Assembly (NCBI GenBank): GCA_036158635.1
Contig: JAYYFR010000029.1
Location: forward strand, 13,802 to 77,801
Length of the DNA: 64,000 bases
Direction of reading: 5' to 3'
Source of the DNA: Bacteroidota bacterium
GTDB lineage: Bacteria; Bacteroidota; Bacteroidia; Flavobacteriales; TMED113
Shown: positions 9,226 through 19,510 of the stretch, piece by piece
Numbering within the stretch: position 1 is the first letter of the stretch
Layout: each line of letters begins with the position of its first letter
Position numbers and translations under genes: made by a program
Notes under the pieces: model-generated
What the model was told of the DNA's origin: nothing
The model's database searches: none
What the model saw: the letters and a program-made list of their open reading frames with translations, nothing else

Positions 9226-11007
9226 CTAATCAATTATAATAGGAATTTTAAGAACATGGTTTTTTGTTTCTAAATTCACAATATAAGTACCCTTTATTAA
9301 AGTTAAATCAATAGTTTTAACAGAGTTTTTTACATAACCATCTATTAATTCATTATAAACCTCTTTTCCTAATATATTAAATACTCTAATATTAAATTCC
9401 ACTTGATCCTCATTTAAAACTATATTAAATGAACCTTTATTAGGATTTGGATAAAGACTTATATACAAATTCAATTCTTCTTCAATATTGACATTATTGT
9501 AAAAATCTCCACATATTTCTATATTATCGTAATAAGTAAATCCAGAACATGGTGTTCCTGTACAAAAACCAAATAAATTTAATGCATCTAAAACACTTGA
9601 TGCTCCTGCTGAACCATTACTCCAAGCCCAAGAAGAAATCATTTCACCATTGTAATAAAGAGTAATAAGATCATTATCAATATCTATTTCATGACGAACC
9701 TCTACCCAAGTATCATATATAGCATCAAAATATACAAGCTGATCAAGATTTATATAAGATTGATCTCCTGAACTAGCTGAAGCGAAGAAAACCTCAAATG
9801 CCCAATTAGAATTAGCAGCAGCATAATTATGTAACATATTGTAATAAGCTCCAGCATCATCTGTAGAAGGTATATACATATAAAATATCACCTCTCCTGA
9901 TCCAGCATTTATTTCAGGATTAAGATCCCAAACCAAATCATCATTCTGTTCAACAAGAATTGATTGACTATCATCTAAGTAAGTATTCATTGAAAAATCT
10001 ACAACATCAACACCTGAGTTTCCATTATCCCAACCAATCCAATCGCTAGACTGAGAATCAATATTTCCAAGATTATAATTGCCAAATGATTCTAGTATTT
10101 GTTGATTTATACAATCATCCCAAGGATATTCACAAGAGCCATCATCTAGTATCGCATCCGGGTTATAATTAATTGCATTAGATTCTGTACACCCCTCCGT
10201 ATATTCATCAATACATGAATTAAAAGTAAAATCATACCCCTCTTCGTCTGTCCAAGTCCAAATAGCACAGCAACCATCACAATAATCATCTACACAAGTT
10301 GCTCCAGGAAAAGGTGAAGGTGATGTAGAACATGGTGACACAAAACAATCAACACCATAATCACAACTACCATCATCAGTTGTAGCATCAGGATTGTAAT
10401 TACATGCCTCTTCTTCTGTACAGCCTGCAGTACCTTCACTACAATCTCCACAAGATTCAGGACAAATTTCATAAACACTGATACCAAAACCAATTCCGGC
10501 AATAAAATCAGATAAATCTGCATCACAAGCCAGTATTGCAAGTTCAGAACAAGAAGTTCCATATTGTTCTAATATACCGTCTGGATCATCTTCACAATCT
10601 GCAATAACTTCACATGCACCCATGGTAAAATCAAAAATGTTATTACATGCTGCTTCTCCAGAATTACTATATGTAACACCATCGCATCCACAAACAGGGT
10701 CTACAACAGTCATAAACACACAACCAGGAATCAACTCAGCAATACAATCATCTCCTCCTTGATTGCAATCCCATTCTAATATCGTTTCATTACCAAAAGA
10801 ATCCGAATAAATTGTAATTCCAGAAGCTTCAGCTACACAAGAATTAGAGTACTCTAAACCATCACACCCGATTACAGGGTCATATATTAAAGGGCATATA
10901 GCCATAGGTTCAATCCACTCTAGATTAATACAACAATCTCCTATAACTTGAGAGTTTGAAAATTGAAAACTAAGTATTGTAATAAAAAGTAAAAATTTCT
11001 TCAACAT
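9226..11007 (-). CDS. Cysteine-rich T9SS cargo protein with two N-terminal Kazal-like modules, two Cys-bracketed NYNP...DDGSC modules and a beta-sandwich region
   Basis: Signal peptide. Kazal-like blocks are CPLIYDPVIGCDGLEYSNSC and VVDPVCGCDGVTYSNSGEAAC. Cys-bracketed modules are GCTEEEACNYNPDATTDDGSCDY and GCTESNAINYNPDAILDDGSCEY. The Por tail is SLYPNPNKGSFNIVLNE...GTYIVNLETKNHVLKIPIIID. Confidence 0.8.
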   Translation of the reverse strand: MLKKFLLFITILSFQFSNSQVIGDCCINLEWIEPMAICPLIYDPVIGCDGLEYSNSCVAEASGITIYSDSFGNETILEWDCNQGGDDCIAELIPGCVFMTVVDPVCGCDGVTYSNSGEAACNNIFDFTMGACEVIADCEDDPDGILEQYGTSCSELAILACDADLSDFIAGIGFGISVYEICPESCGDCSEGTAGCTEEEACNYNPDATTDDGSCDYGVDCFVSPCSTSPSPFPGATCVDDYCDGCCAIWTWTDEEGYDFTFNSCIDEYTEGCTESNAINYNPDAILDDGSCEYPWDDCINQQILESFGNYNLGNIDSQSSDWIGWDNGNSGVDVVDFSMNTYLDDSQSILVEQNDDLVWDLNPEINAGSGEVIFYMYIPSTDDAGAYYNMLHNYAAANSNWAFEVFFASASSGDQSYINLDQLVYFDAIYDTWVEVRHEIDIDNDLITLYYNGEMISSWAWSNGSAGASSVLDALNLFGFCTGTPCSGFTYYDNIEICGDFYNNVNIEEELNLYISLYPNPNKGSFNIVLNEDQVEFNIRVFNILGKEVYNELIDGYVKNSVKTIDLTLIKGTYIVNLETKNHVLKIPIIID

Positions 11008-11070
11008 ATAATATTTTAATAATTTAAAACTAAGTTAATTAATTAAACCTTAATTTAAAGATTTGAAAAA

Positions 11071-12138
11071 CTATTTCATAAAATCACTAATCAATGTATG
11101 AAAATGATGAACTCCTGTTTCCATTGATGGTGAAAACCTTCCCTTATCATAAAATCTAGACTTAACTCCCCTTTGAACAGATTCAACTATTTCTTCATCC
11201 TCTTTTTCTACTTTATCTAAATCTGAACCAGCTCCCTTTTTTAATTTTGTCTTATCCCAAACAAATGATCGAAATTCAATTTTTGTTAAATCTTTAGAAA
11301 TGGGCTTGACAATATTTAATGATAAACCCCAAGGATAAAAATTAAACATCATGTTTGGAAAAATCCAAAAGTAATATGCTATGATATTTTTTCCGTAGTC
11401 TGAAGATGATTTAGGTAAATTAAAACAGTCTTGTCCTCTCTTTCCAATTCCAAGTTGTAAATTTGAATACGGAAATAGTTCAACTGAATATTCGTCATAT
11501 TCAAACTTCTTAGCTAAATCATGATGTACAAAAGGAATATGAAAACCTTCTAAATAATTATCACAATATAAAGCCCAATTTGCCTTTACTTCATAATCCT
11601 TAGATAGTTTTGGTTCAAAAACAAAATCCTCAATTGGCATCCATCCAATTCTTTTATCCATTTCTGAAAAAAAGTGATCAATTCTTAGCTTATTGTTTAA
11701 CGAACAAAAAATAAACTGTCGCCAGTTAGACACATTTATTTTTTTTAAGTCGTCTTTGGGTGATGGGAAACCTTCTACATTTTCAAACTTAGGCATATAA
11801 ACACATTTACCTTTAGAATTAAACCTTCTTCCATGATATCGACAATAAAAATTACTTGAAAAAACGGAGTGTTTTTCAACTAAAATATTTCCTCTGTGGG
11901 TACAAACATTTGAAAAACAATTAACACTATCATTATTTTTAATAATAACCAAAGGTTCATCAATAAATTTATCTAGATAGCTAAAGGGAAAGGCGTTTTT
12001 CTCAGCAAGATTAGATTCGTGAGTGACAAACTGCCAAGTATTTTCAAAAATTTTTTTTGACTCAAAAAAAACAAAATCTGATGTGTAAAACTTACTATCT
12101 ATAGTACTTGATTTCTCTATTTTTTTGTTTACCAGCAC
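11071..12138 (-). CDS. Rieske [2Fe-2S] non-haem iron oxygenase, alpha-subunit-like
   Basis: GTG start. Rieske ligands are CTHRG...CRYHGRRF. The mononuclear Fe motif is NYLEGFHIPFVHH. No reductase or ferredoxin partner is adjacent. Confidence 0.8.
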   Translation of the reverse strand: MLVNKKIEKSSTIDSKFYTSDFVFFESKKIFENTWQFVTHESNLAEKNAFPFSYLDKFIDEPLVIIKNNDSVNCFSNVCTHRGNILVEKHSVFSSNFYCRYHGRRFNSKGKCVYMPKFENVEGFPSPKDDLKKINVSNWRQFIFCSLNNKLRIDHFFSEMDKRIGWMPIEDFVFEPKLSKDYEVKANWALYCDNYLEGFHIPFVHHDLAKKFEYDEYSVELFPYSNLQLGIGKRGQDCFNLPKSSSDYGKNIIAYYFWIFPNMMFNFYPWGLSLNIVKPISKDLTKIEFRSFVWDKTKLKKGAGSDLDKVEKEDEEIVESVQRGVKSRFYDKGRFSPSMETGVHHFHTLISDFMK

Positions 12139-12144
12139 GTAAAA

Positions 12145-13323
12145 TTAAAGGGATTCTATTTGGGACTTAATCCTTCTCATGTTTTTGATATCTCCTACCT
12201 TATAATATATTTCTTTTAAAACATTGAGAATCATAACGTTATCTGGTTGTATTTCTATACATTTTTCTAAATGAGGAATGCTTTCATTATATAGATTGTT
12301 TCTTCTTTTTTTGTAATTATTATATTTTTTTTGATCGCTTGAGCTAGAACCAAGATTATTCATTTTTGTTATTAAAGAAGTGGTTTCATCTAAATACATA
12401 CTAGCTAGATTGTTATGAGCGTCAAAATAATTTGAATCCAATTGAATAGCTTGTGTATATGACTTTTTAGCACCTTCATTATCTTCTAGTGACTGTAACG
12501 CTGTCCCAAGAGCAAAATGAAGTGTTGGGTTTTTAGAATCAGATTCTAAGGCACTGTATAAACTATTTTTTAGTCCTTCTTTATCATCAATAGATATATA
12601 AAAATTAACTTCTCTATTAATTATATCTTGAGAATTAGGAATGTTAGTTCTAGCAGAGTTAATAGCAGAAAGTAGTAAATCATTATCACCATTTTTTTCT
12701 AAACAAACTAATAATCGAATTTGAAACTTTTCGTCTTTTGGATTTAATTCAACTAATTTTCTAGCTTGCTCTAAGGCTAAAATGTCAGCATCAGGTGTCC
12801 CAACATCAGAAAATAAAAGACATGAATTAAATAATGAGGCTGTATCTACAACTCCAATTGATTGATTATTTCTAATATTATAAGTTTTTAAAAATAAGTT
12901 AGCTGAGTTAAATAAATTTTCTTTAGCTGAGGTCTTATCAGTTTCAAAAAGTTCTAATGCTTTATTGTAATTTTCGTCAGCTAGGTTTAAACACTTTATT
13001 GCACATAAATTTAAGGCATTAACTGATTTTTTTTGAAGACCACCTTTTGCATTTAATTTAATATCAGATTTAAATGATTCAACAGAGATGTCTAAGTCAC
13101 CCAAAGCTAAATATATCTGTCCTCTGTAATGCCAAAACTTTGATACCAGTTTTGGCTTAAATGAGTCTACTCCTTTTTCCATAAATTTATTATATGCATT
13201 ATCAATTAATTGCTTAGCAGCTAAAGTATCCTTCTTTTGAAATGCTAAAATTGAACTAGTTAAGTCAGATTTTTGTGCACTTATTAGTGAAAAAAGTAAA
13301 AAAAATAAAATAGTAATTCTCAT
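12145..13323 (-). CDS. Secreted tetratricopeptide-repeat (TPR) protein
   Basis: Signal peptide and repeated 34-residue TPR-like A/Y/L patterns (e.g. YRGQIYLALGD, AHNNLASMYLD). This is the conserved position downstream of gyrA in flavobacteria. Confidence 0.7.
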   Translation of the reverse strand: MRITILFFLLFSLISAQKSDLTSSILAFQKKDTLAAKQLIDNAYNKFMEKGVDSFKPKLVSKFWHYRGQIYLALGDLDISVESFKSDIKLNAKGGLQKKSVNALNLCAIKCLNLADENYNKALELFETDKTSAKENLFNSANLFLKTYNIRNNQSIGVVDTASLFNSCLLFSDVGTPDADILALEQARKLVELNPKDEKFQIRLLVCLEKNGDNDLLLSAINSARTNIPNSQDIINREVNFYISIDDKEGLKNSLYSALESDSKNPTLHFALGTALQSLEDNEGAKKSYTQAIQLDSNYFDAHNNLASMYLDETTSLITKMNNLGSSSSDQKKYNNYKKRRNNLYNESIPHLEKCIEIQPDNVMILNVLKEIYYKVGDIKNMRRIKSQIESL

Positions 13324-13350
13324 AATTTAAATTTAAATTCTTAGTATTAT

Positions 13351-15984
13351 TTAATCATTAATATCATCTACACCTTCTGTGTTATTATCTAAAATTTCAG
13401 GTGGATTATTTGAATCTTCTGAAGAAAAATTATTTTCATCAGTTAGCTTATCTGAATCCATAACTGGATTCTTTAAATTATCTAAATTTTGTTCTAAGCT
13501 ATCTTCTTTCTCTTCATCCGAAATTTCAACTTTAGCAACAGCAGCGATTATGTCGTCATTTTTTAAATTAATTAATCTTACTCCTTGAGTTGCCCTACCC
13601 ATAACACGCATGTCATCAACTGACATTCGAATAGTAATACCTGATTTATTTATTATCATCAAATCATCACCATCTTTAACATTTTTGATAGCAATTAGAT
13701 TCCCTGTTTTGTCTGTTATATTTATTGTTTTAACTCCTTTACCCCCTCTGTTAGTGGTTCTATAATCATTTACTTTTGAACGTTTTCCATATCCATTTTC
13801 AGAAACAACTAATACTTCAGTTTCAACATCATCAACACATATCATTCCAATTACTTGATCTTTTTCGTTAGCAAGTCTTATTCCCCTAACTCCTGTACTT
13901 CCCCTACCCATAGAACGAGCTTTTTCTTCATTGAACCTAATACACTTACCAGATTTTAGTGCCATCATTATATCCATCGAGCCATTGGTAAGTTTGGCTT
14001 CTAATAATTGATCATCTTCTCTGATATTAATTGCTTTTATTCCATTTTGGCGTGGTCTTGAATATGATTCAAGAGAGGTTTTTTTAATTACCCCTTTTTT
14101 TGTACACATTAGAATATAATTTGAATTTATATAGTTTTCATCTTTTAAATTATCAACGTTAATGAAAGCCATAATTTTATCCTCAGAAGGTATATTAATT
14201 AAGTTTTGAATAGCACGACCCTTTGCTGTCTTTGAACCTTCAGGTATCTCATAAACTTTTAACCAGAAACATTTTCCGTTCTGAGAGAAAAACAACATAT
14301 AATTATGATTAGTCGCAATAAAAATATGTTCTAAAAAATCTTCATCTCTAGATGATGCTCCTCTATGGCCTACACCTCCTCTATTTTGTTGTCTATACTC
14401 AGATAGTGGTGTTCTCTTGATGTAACCTAAATGGGAAATTGTAATAACAACTTTTTCATTTGGAATCATATCTTCAATACTCAAGTCTGCACTAGAATAT
14501 TCAATTTGGGTTCTTCTTTCATCACCAAATTTTTCTTTAACGTCTTTGAAATCTTCAATCAAAATACTTAATCTTAAGTCTTCATTATTAAGAATCTCAT
14601 TAAGATTTTTAATTTTATCCATTAATTGTTGGTGTTCAAATTTAATTTTATCTCTCTCTAAACCAGTTAACTTTTGTAATCGTAAATCAAGAATCGCCTT
14701 TGCTTGTATCTCAGTTAAATTATAGTTATTTATTAAGCCATTTCTAGCTTCCTCAGGAGTTTGTGATTTTTTGATTAACGAAATAATATCATCAAGATTA
14801 TCTAAAGCAACTAAAAGACCCTTTAAAATATGTGCACGTTTTTCTGCTTGTTTTAAATCAAATTTTGTTTTTCTAATCAAAACTTCATGTCTGTGAGCAA
14901 CAAAGAGTTGAATAATTTGCTTGAGATTTAGTAATTTAGGTCTTCCTTTAACAAGAGCAATATTGTTAATACTAAAAGATGACTGCAGTTGAGTGTACTT
15001 GAAAAGTTTATTTAACACGATGTTGGGAATTGCATCTCTTTTTAAGACATAAACAATTCTCATCCCTCTTCTATCCGACTCGTCTCTTATATCAGATATA
15101 CCTTCTAATTTTTTTTGGTTAATCAAGTCAGCTGTTTTTTTAATCATCTCCGATTTATTAACTTGATAAGGAATCTCAGTTACAACAATAGCTTCTCTGT
15201 TATTTTTTAATTCCTCAAAATGAGTTTTGGATCTGAGGACCACTCTTCCTTTACCAGTTTCATAAGCCTGTTTAACACCTTCATAACCATATATAATTCC
15301 TCCGGTAGGAAAATCTGGTGCCTTAATATAATTCATTAAGTCAGATAGTTCTATTTCTCCTTTAGTTTCTATATATTTAATTATCCCATCTAAAACTTCA
15401 GTTAAATTGTGAGGAGCCATATTAGTAGCCATACCAACCGCAATTCCACTAGCTCCATTAACTAAGATTGAAGGAATTCTAGTAGGTAAAACAGTAGGTT
15501 CCTTTAAAGTATCATCAAAATTTAATTGAAAATCTACAGTGTCTTTTTCAATATCTGATAGCATTTCTTCAGCCATTTTTCTCAAACGAGCTTCAGTATA
15601 TCTCATAGCAGCAGGGCTATCTCCATCAATTGAACCAAAATTACCCTGACCATCAACCATTTGATATCTTAATGACCACTCTTGAGCCATTCTTACCATA
15701 GCATCATAAACTGAGGAATCACCATGAGGGTGATACTTTCCAAGAACTTCACCAACAACTCTTGCAGATTTTTTATGAGCCCTGTTAGCCATTAGGCCCA
15801 ATTCATGCATCCCGTATAAAATTCTTCTATGAACAGGTTTCAATCCATCTCTCACATCAGGAAGGGCTCTAGAAACAATAACACTCATGGAGTAATCAAT
15901 ATATGCGGACTCCATTTCATTAACTATGTTGATTGGAATAATTCTTTGGTTTTCTTGTTCTTCGTTTAAATCTTGATTGTCCAT
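13351..15984 (-). CDS. gyrA: DNA gyrase subunit A
   Basis: [16 protein letters not shown], the active-site region [11 protein letters not shown]-terminal beta-pinwheel repeats and an acidic tail. Confidence 0.97.
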   Translation of the reverse strand: MDNQDLNEEQENQRIIPINIVNEMESAYIDYSMSVIVSRALPDVRDGLKPVHRRILYGMHELGLMANRAHKKSARVVGEVLGKYHPHGDSSVYDAMVRMAQEWSLRYQMVDGQGNFGSIDGDSPAAMRYTEARLRKMAEEMLSDIEKDTVDFQLNFDDTLKEPTVLPTRIPSILVNGASGIAVGMATNMAPHNLTEVLDGIIKYIETKGEIELSDLMNYIKAPDFPTGGIIYGYEGVKQAYETGKGRVVLRSKTHFEELKNNREAIVVTEIPYQVNKSEMIKKTADLINQKKLEGISDIRDESDRRGMRIVYVLKRDAIPNIVLNKLFKYTQLQSSFSINNIALVKGRPKLLNLKQIIQLFVAHRHEVLIRKTKFDLKQAEKRAHILKGLLVALDNLDDIISLIKKSQTPEEARNGLINNYNLTEIQAKAILDLRLQKLTGLERDKIKFEHQQLMDKIKNLNEILNNEDLRLSILIEDFKDVKEKFGDERRTQIEYSSADLSIEDMIPNEKVVITISHLGYIKRTPLSEYRQQNRGGVGHRGASSRDEDFLEHIFIATNHNYMLFFSQNGKCFWLKVYEIPEGSKTAKGRAIQNLINIPSEDKIMAFINVDNLKDENYINSNYILMCTKKGVIKKTSLESYSRPRQNGIKAINIREDDQLLEAKLTNGSMDIMMALKSGKCIRFNEEKARSMGRGSTGVRGIRLANEKDQVIGMICVDDVETEVLVVSENGYGKRSKVNDYRTTNRGGKGVKTINITDKTGNLIAIKNVKDGDDLMIINKSGITIRMSVDDMRVMGRATQGVRLINLKNDDIIAAVAKVEISDEEKEDSLEQNLDNLKNPVMDSDKLTDENNFSSEDSNNPPEILDNNTEGVDDIND

Positions 15985-16123
15985 AAATTTTTACTTTGTT
16001 TCTTCTTGTGATTTAATGTGACAATATAAGGCATATATATTAATTTTTTACATTTAAATATAATGTTTTTAATAACAATTTATTAAAAATTTCATCTTTT
16101 GATTTTTTAACAACAAAAGTCAT

Positions 16124-16131
16124 TATATTTG
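16124..16131 (+). promoter_or_regulatory. Candidate Bacteroidota -7 promoter box (TATATTTG) for clpC
   Basis: Matches the TAnnTTTG consensus 22 nt upstream of the ATG at 16153, and a TTG lies at 16099-16101. Chance matches are common in AT-rich DNA. Confidence 0.3.
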
Positions 16132-16152
16132 ATTGTATATTATTTAAATAAA

Positions 16153-18663
16153 ATGGAACAAAGTTTTTCTAATAGAATCAAAGAAGTAATAAGCTATAGT
16201 AGAGAAGAAGCCCTAAGGCTTGGTCACGCATTTATTGGAACTGAACATCTTTTATTAGGAATAATCAGAGAGGGTGAAGGGGGCGCTATTGATATTCTTT
16301 CAAGTTTAAAAATTGAAATAAATATATTGAGAGAAAAAATCGAAGATTTTGGCCAAAAAAATAACATTGAACAAGCTATATCAAAAAAACAACTCCCCTT
16401 AACTAAACAAGCAGAAAAAGCTTTAAAAACTACTTTTTTAGAAGCTAGAAAATTTGAGAGTAATATAATAGGTACCCCACACCTTTTACTATGTGTACTT
16501 AGAAATTTTGATGATCCGTTAACTAAGCTACTAAATGAATTTGATATAACTTACGAAAGTGTTAAAAATGAATACAGTAATTACCTTCACAAAAAAGAAA
16601 AACAGGACGAAAATATATTTAAAGGTTCTTTGAGTGATGACGATAATCATGAAAGAGAATCAAAAAGTTGGGTTAGTAAGCAAAAATCCAAATCTAAATC
16701 GTCTACTCCAATTCTAGATAATTTTAGTAGAGATATCACCAGATATGCTGAGGAAGGAAAATTAGACCCCGTAATTGGAAGAAAAGAAGAAATTGAAAGA
16801 GTATCTCAAATTTTATCAAGAAGAAAAAAAAACAATCCTCTGTTAATAGGAGAACCGGGGGTTGGAAAATCCGCTATCGCTGAAGGATTAGCTATAAGAA
16901 TTGTAAAAAAACAAGTATCCAGAGTCTTATTCAATAAAAAAATTCTTACTCTGGACTTACCGTCTTTAGTAGCTGGAACTAAATATAGAGGTCAATTTGA
17001 AGAAAGAATGAAGGGGATAATGAACGAATTGGAAAAAAATACAAATATCATCCTTTTTATTGACGAAATACACACGATTGTAGGAGCAGGCGGAGCTACA
17101 GGTTCTTTGGATGCTTCAAACATGTTTAAACCGGCTCTTGCAAAAGGGGAAATTCAATGTATCGGAGCAACTACTTTAGACGAGTACAGACAATTCATTG
17201 AAAAAGACGGTGCTTTAGAACGAAGATTCCAAAAAGTTATTGTTGACCCAACATCCCCAAAAGAAACTATTGAAATATTGAAAAATATTAAAGAGAAATA
17301 TGAAGATCATCATAATGTTTTATACTCTGATGAAGCAATTAATGCTTGTGTTAATTTAACAACGAGATATATAACTGATAGATACCTTCCTGATAAAGCG
17401 ATTGATGCCCTTGATGAAGCTGGATCAAGAGTACACATAACAAATATTAATGTACCGGAAACAGTTACCAAATTAGAAAAACAATTAGAAAAAATACAAC
17501 AACAAAAAAAAGATGTTGTGAAAAAACAAAAATATGAAGAAGCTGCAAAATTAAGAGATACTGAAAAACAAACAGAATCAAAATTAATTGAGGAGCAAAT
17601 TAAATGGGAGGAAAAAATAAAATTAGAAAAAGAATTAGTTTCTGAGAGCAATGTTGCTGAAGTTGTTTCAATGATAACTGGAATTCCTGTTCAAAGAATT
17701 GCAAAAAGTGAAAGTGCAAAATTATCAACTATGACCAATGATCTAAAAAAAAGTATAATTGGTCAAAATGAAGCAGTTGAAAAAATTGTAAAAGCTATTC
17801 AAAGAAATAGAGCTGGTTTAAAAGATCCTAACAAACCTATTGGCTCATTCATATTTTTAGGACCAACTGGTGTTGGAAAAACACAATTAGCAAAAGAACT
17901 AGCAAAATATTTATTTGATTCAGAAAATGCATTAATTAGAGTTGATATGAGTGAATATATGGAAAAATTTGCTGTTTCAAGATTAGTTGGAGCTCCTCCT
18001 GGATATGTAGGATATGAAGAGGGAGGACAATTAACAGAAAAGGTTAGAAGAAAACCCTATTCCATAATCCTTCTTGATGAAATTGAAAAAGCTCATCCTG
18101 ATGTGTTTAATTTACTTCTTCAAGCTATGGATGACGGAGAAATGACTGATAGTTTAGGGCGAAAAATAGATTTTAAAAATACTGTTATTATTATGACATC
18201 AAACGTAGGAACTAGAAAATTAAAAGAATTTGGAGCCGGAATTGGATTTAGTACTAATTCAAAAAAAGAAAATTTAGATGAACATACAAAAAGTGTTTTA
18301 AATAACTCTTTAAAAAAGACCTTTGCACCAGAATTTTTAAATAGACTTGATGATGTATTATTATTTAATAATTTATCAAAAGAAAATATTGATTTAATTA
18401 TTGATATTGAAATAGAAAAACTCAAAAAAAGAATTAAAGTTCTAAAGTATGAATTTCAACTAAGTAAAAAAGCAAAAAACTATATTGCAAAAAAAGGATT
18501 CGATGAAAATTTTGGAGCTAGACCTTTAAAAAGAGCTATTCAAAAATATATTGAAGATCCATTCGCTGAAGAAATAATTCTGGGTAAAGTTAAAGAAGGT
18601 GATAAAATAAAAATAGACTATAACGAAAAAGAAGACTTGATATCATTAACTATAAAAAACTAA
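16153..18663 (+). CDS. clpC: ATP-dependent Clp protease ATP-binding subunit ClpC (class I AAA+)
   Basis: Double Clp_N repeat, two Walker A sites (GEPGVGKS, GPTGVGKT) and a UVR-like motif KYEEAAKLRD. I prefer the ATG at 16153 (MEQSFSNRIKE) to the track's TTG at 16129, which lies inside the putative -7 box. Confidence 0.93.
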   Translation: MEQSFSNRIKEVISYSREEALRLGHAFIGTEHLLLGIIREGEGGAIDILSSLKIEINILREKIEDFGQKNNIEQAISKKQLPLTKQAEKALKTTFLEARKFESNIIGTPHLLLCVLRNFDDPLTKLLNEFDITYESVKNEYSNYLHKKEKQDENIFKGSLSDDDNHERESKSWVSKQKSKSKSSTPILDNFSRDITRYAEEGKLDPVIGRKEEIERVSQILSRRKKNNPLLIGEPGVGKSAIAEGLAIRIVKKQVSRVLFNKKILTLDLPSLVAGTKYRGQFEERMKGIMNELEKNTNIILFIDEIHTIVGAGGATGSLDASNMFKPALAKGEIQCIGATTLDEYRQFIEKDGALERRFQKVIVDPTSPKETIEILKNIKEKYEDHHNVLYSDEAINACVNLTTRYITDRYLPDKAIDALDEAGSRVHITNINVPETVTKLEKQLEKIQQQKKDVVKKQKYEEAAKLRDTEKQTESKLIEEQIKWEEKIKLEKELVSESNVAEVVSMITGIPVQRIAKSESAKLSTMTNDLKKSIIGQNEAVEKIVKAIQRNRAGLKDPNKPIGSFIFLGPTGVGKTQLAKELAKYLFDSENALIRVDMSEYMEKFAVSRLVGAPPGYVGYEEGGQLTEKVRRKPYSIILLDEIEKAHPDVFNLLLQAMDDGEMTDSLGRKIDFKNTVIIMTSNVGTRKLKEFGAGIGFSTNSKKENLDEHTKSVLNNSLKKTFAPEFLNRLDDVLLFNNLSKENIDLIIDIEIEKLKKRIKVLKYEFQLSKKAKNYIAKKGFDENFGARPLKRAIQKYIEDPFAEEIILGKVKEGDKIKIDYNEKEDLISLTIKN

Positions 18664-19472
18664 TCTAAATTTAATTTTTCTATAATTTCATCACTTATAC
18701 CCACGTTTGAAAATCCACCATCGTGATATAAGTTTTGCATAGTTACCATTCTTGAATAATCAGAAAATAACATTACACAAAACTTAGCACAATCTAATGC
18801 ACTTGCATTACCTAAGGGGGACATTTTTTCAGAATATTTAAAAAAAGTATCAAAACCCTCTACCCCACTACCAGCAGTTGTCATTGTTGGAGATTGAGAA
18901 ATGGTATTAATTCGAACTTTTTTCCTAGTACCATAATGATAACCAAAACTTCTAGCTATAGATTCTAAAAAAGCTTTGTTTTCAGCCATATCATTGTAAC
19001 TAGGAAAAGTTCTTTGAGCTGCTATATAAGACAAAGCTAAGATAGAGCCCCAGGTGTTCACAGCATCTAACTTCATTGAAACTTGTAATAATTTGTGAAA
19101 AGATACTGCAGAAACATCTAAACCTTTCATTAAATAATCGTAATTAAGATCAGTATAAGGTCTTTTTTTTCTAACATTAACAGACATTCCAATAGAATGT
19201 AATATAAAATCTATTTTTCCATTGAAAATCTTCATTGATTTAGTTAACAAATTTTCTAAATCCTCTAGAGAAGTTGCATCAGCAGAAATTACTTCTGTGT
19301 TACATTTTTTTGCCAATTCACTAATACTCCCTAACCTTAAAGCAGTTGGCGCATTTGTTAAAACTACTTTTGCTCCATTTGTCGCACATTCCTCAGCAAC
19401 CTTCCATGCAATTGATTTTTCATCTAAAGCGCCAAATATAATTCCATTTTTACCTTCCAATAAATTATTCAT
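18660..19472 (-). CDS. fabI: Enoyl-[acyl-carrier-protein] reductase (NADH)
   Basis: SDR fold. The N-terminus LEGKNGIIFGALDEKSIAW is typical of FabI, and a YxxxxxxK-type active-site region is present. Confidence 0.88.
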   Translation of the reverse strand: MNNLLEGKNGIIFGALDEKSIAWKVAEECATNGAKVVLTNAPTALRLGSISELAKKCNTEVISADATSLEDLENLLTKSMKIFNGKIDFILHSIGMSVNVRKKRPYTDLNYDYLMKGLDVSAVSFHKLLQVSMKLDAVNTWGSILALSYIAAQRTFPSYNDMAENKAFLESIARSFGYHYGTRKKVRINTISQSPTMTTAGSGVEGFDTFFKYSEKMSPLGNASALDCAKFCVMLFSDYSRMVTMQNLYHDGGFSNVGISDEIIEKLNLD

Positions 19473-19510
19473 AAGTCACAAATTTAATAACCGTAATTAG
19501 TATTAGTTGT

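Noticed and set aside
10290-10562. 90-aa same-strand alternative-frame ORF inside the Kazal-like cargo gene
   Set aside because: The V/L/M/H-rich translation has no motif content. The main frame carries the conserved Cys modules and the Por tail.
16129-16152. Track start codons TTG 16129 (clpC) and TTG 48544 (recR)
   Set aside because: The extra N-terminal residues (IVYYLNK / IIFDN) are not part of the conserved protein N-termini. In-frame ATGs at 16153 and 48562 give canonical N-termini, and the upstream TTGs fall within or next to putative -7 boxes.
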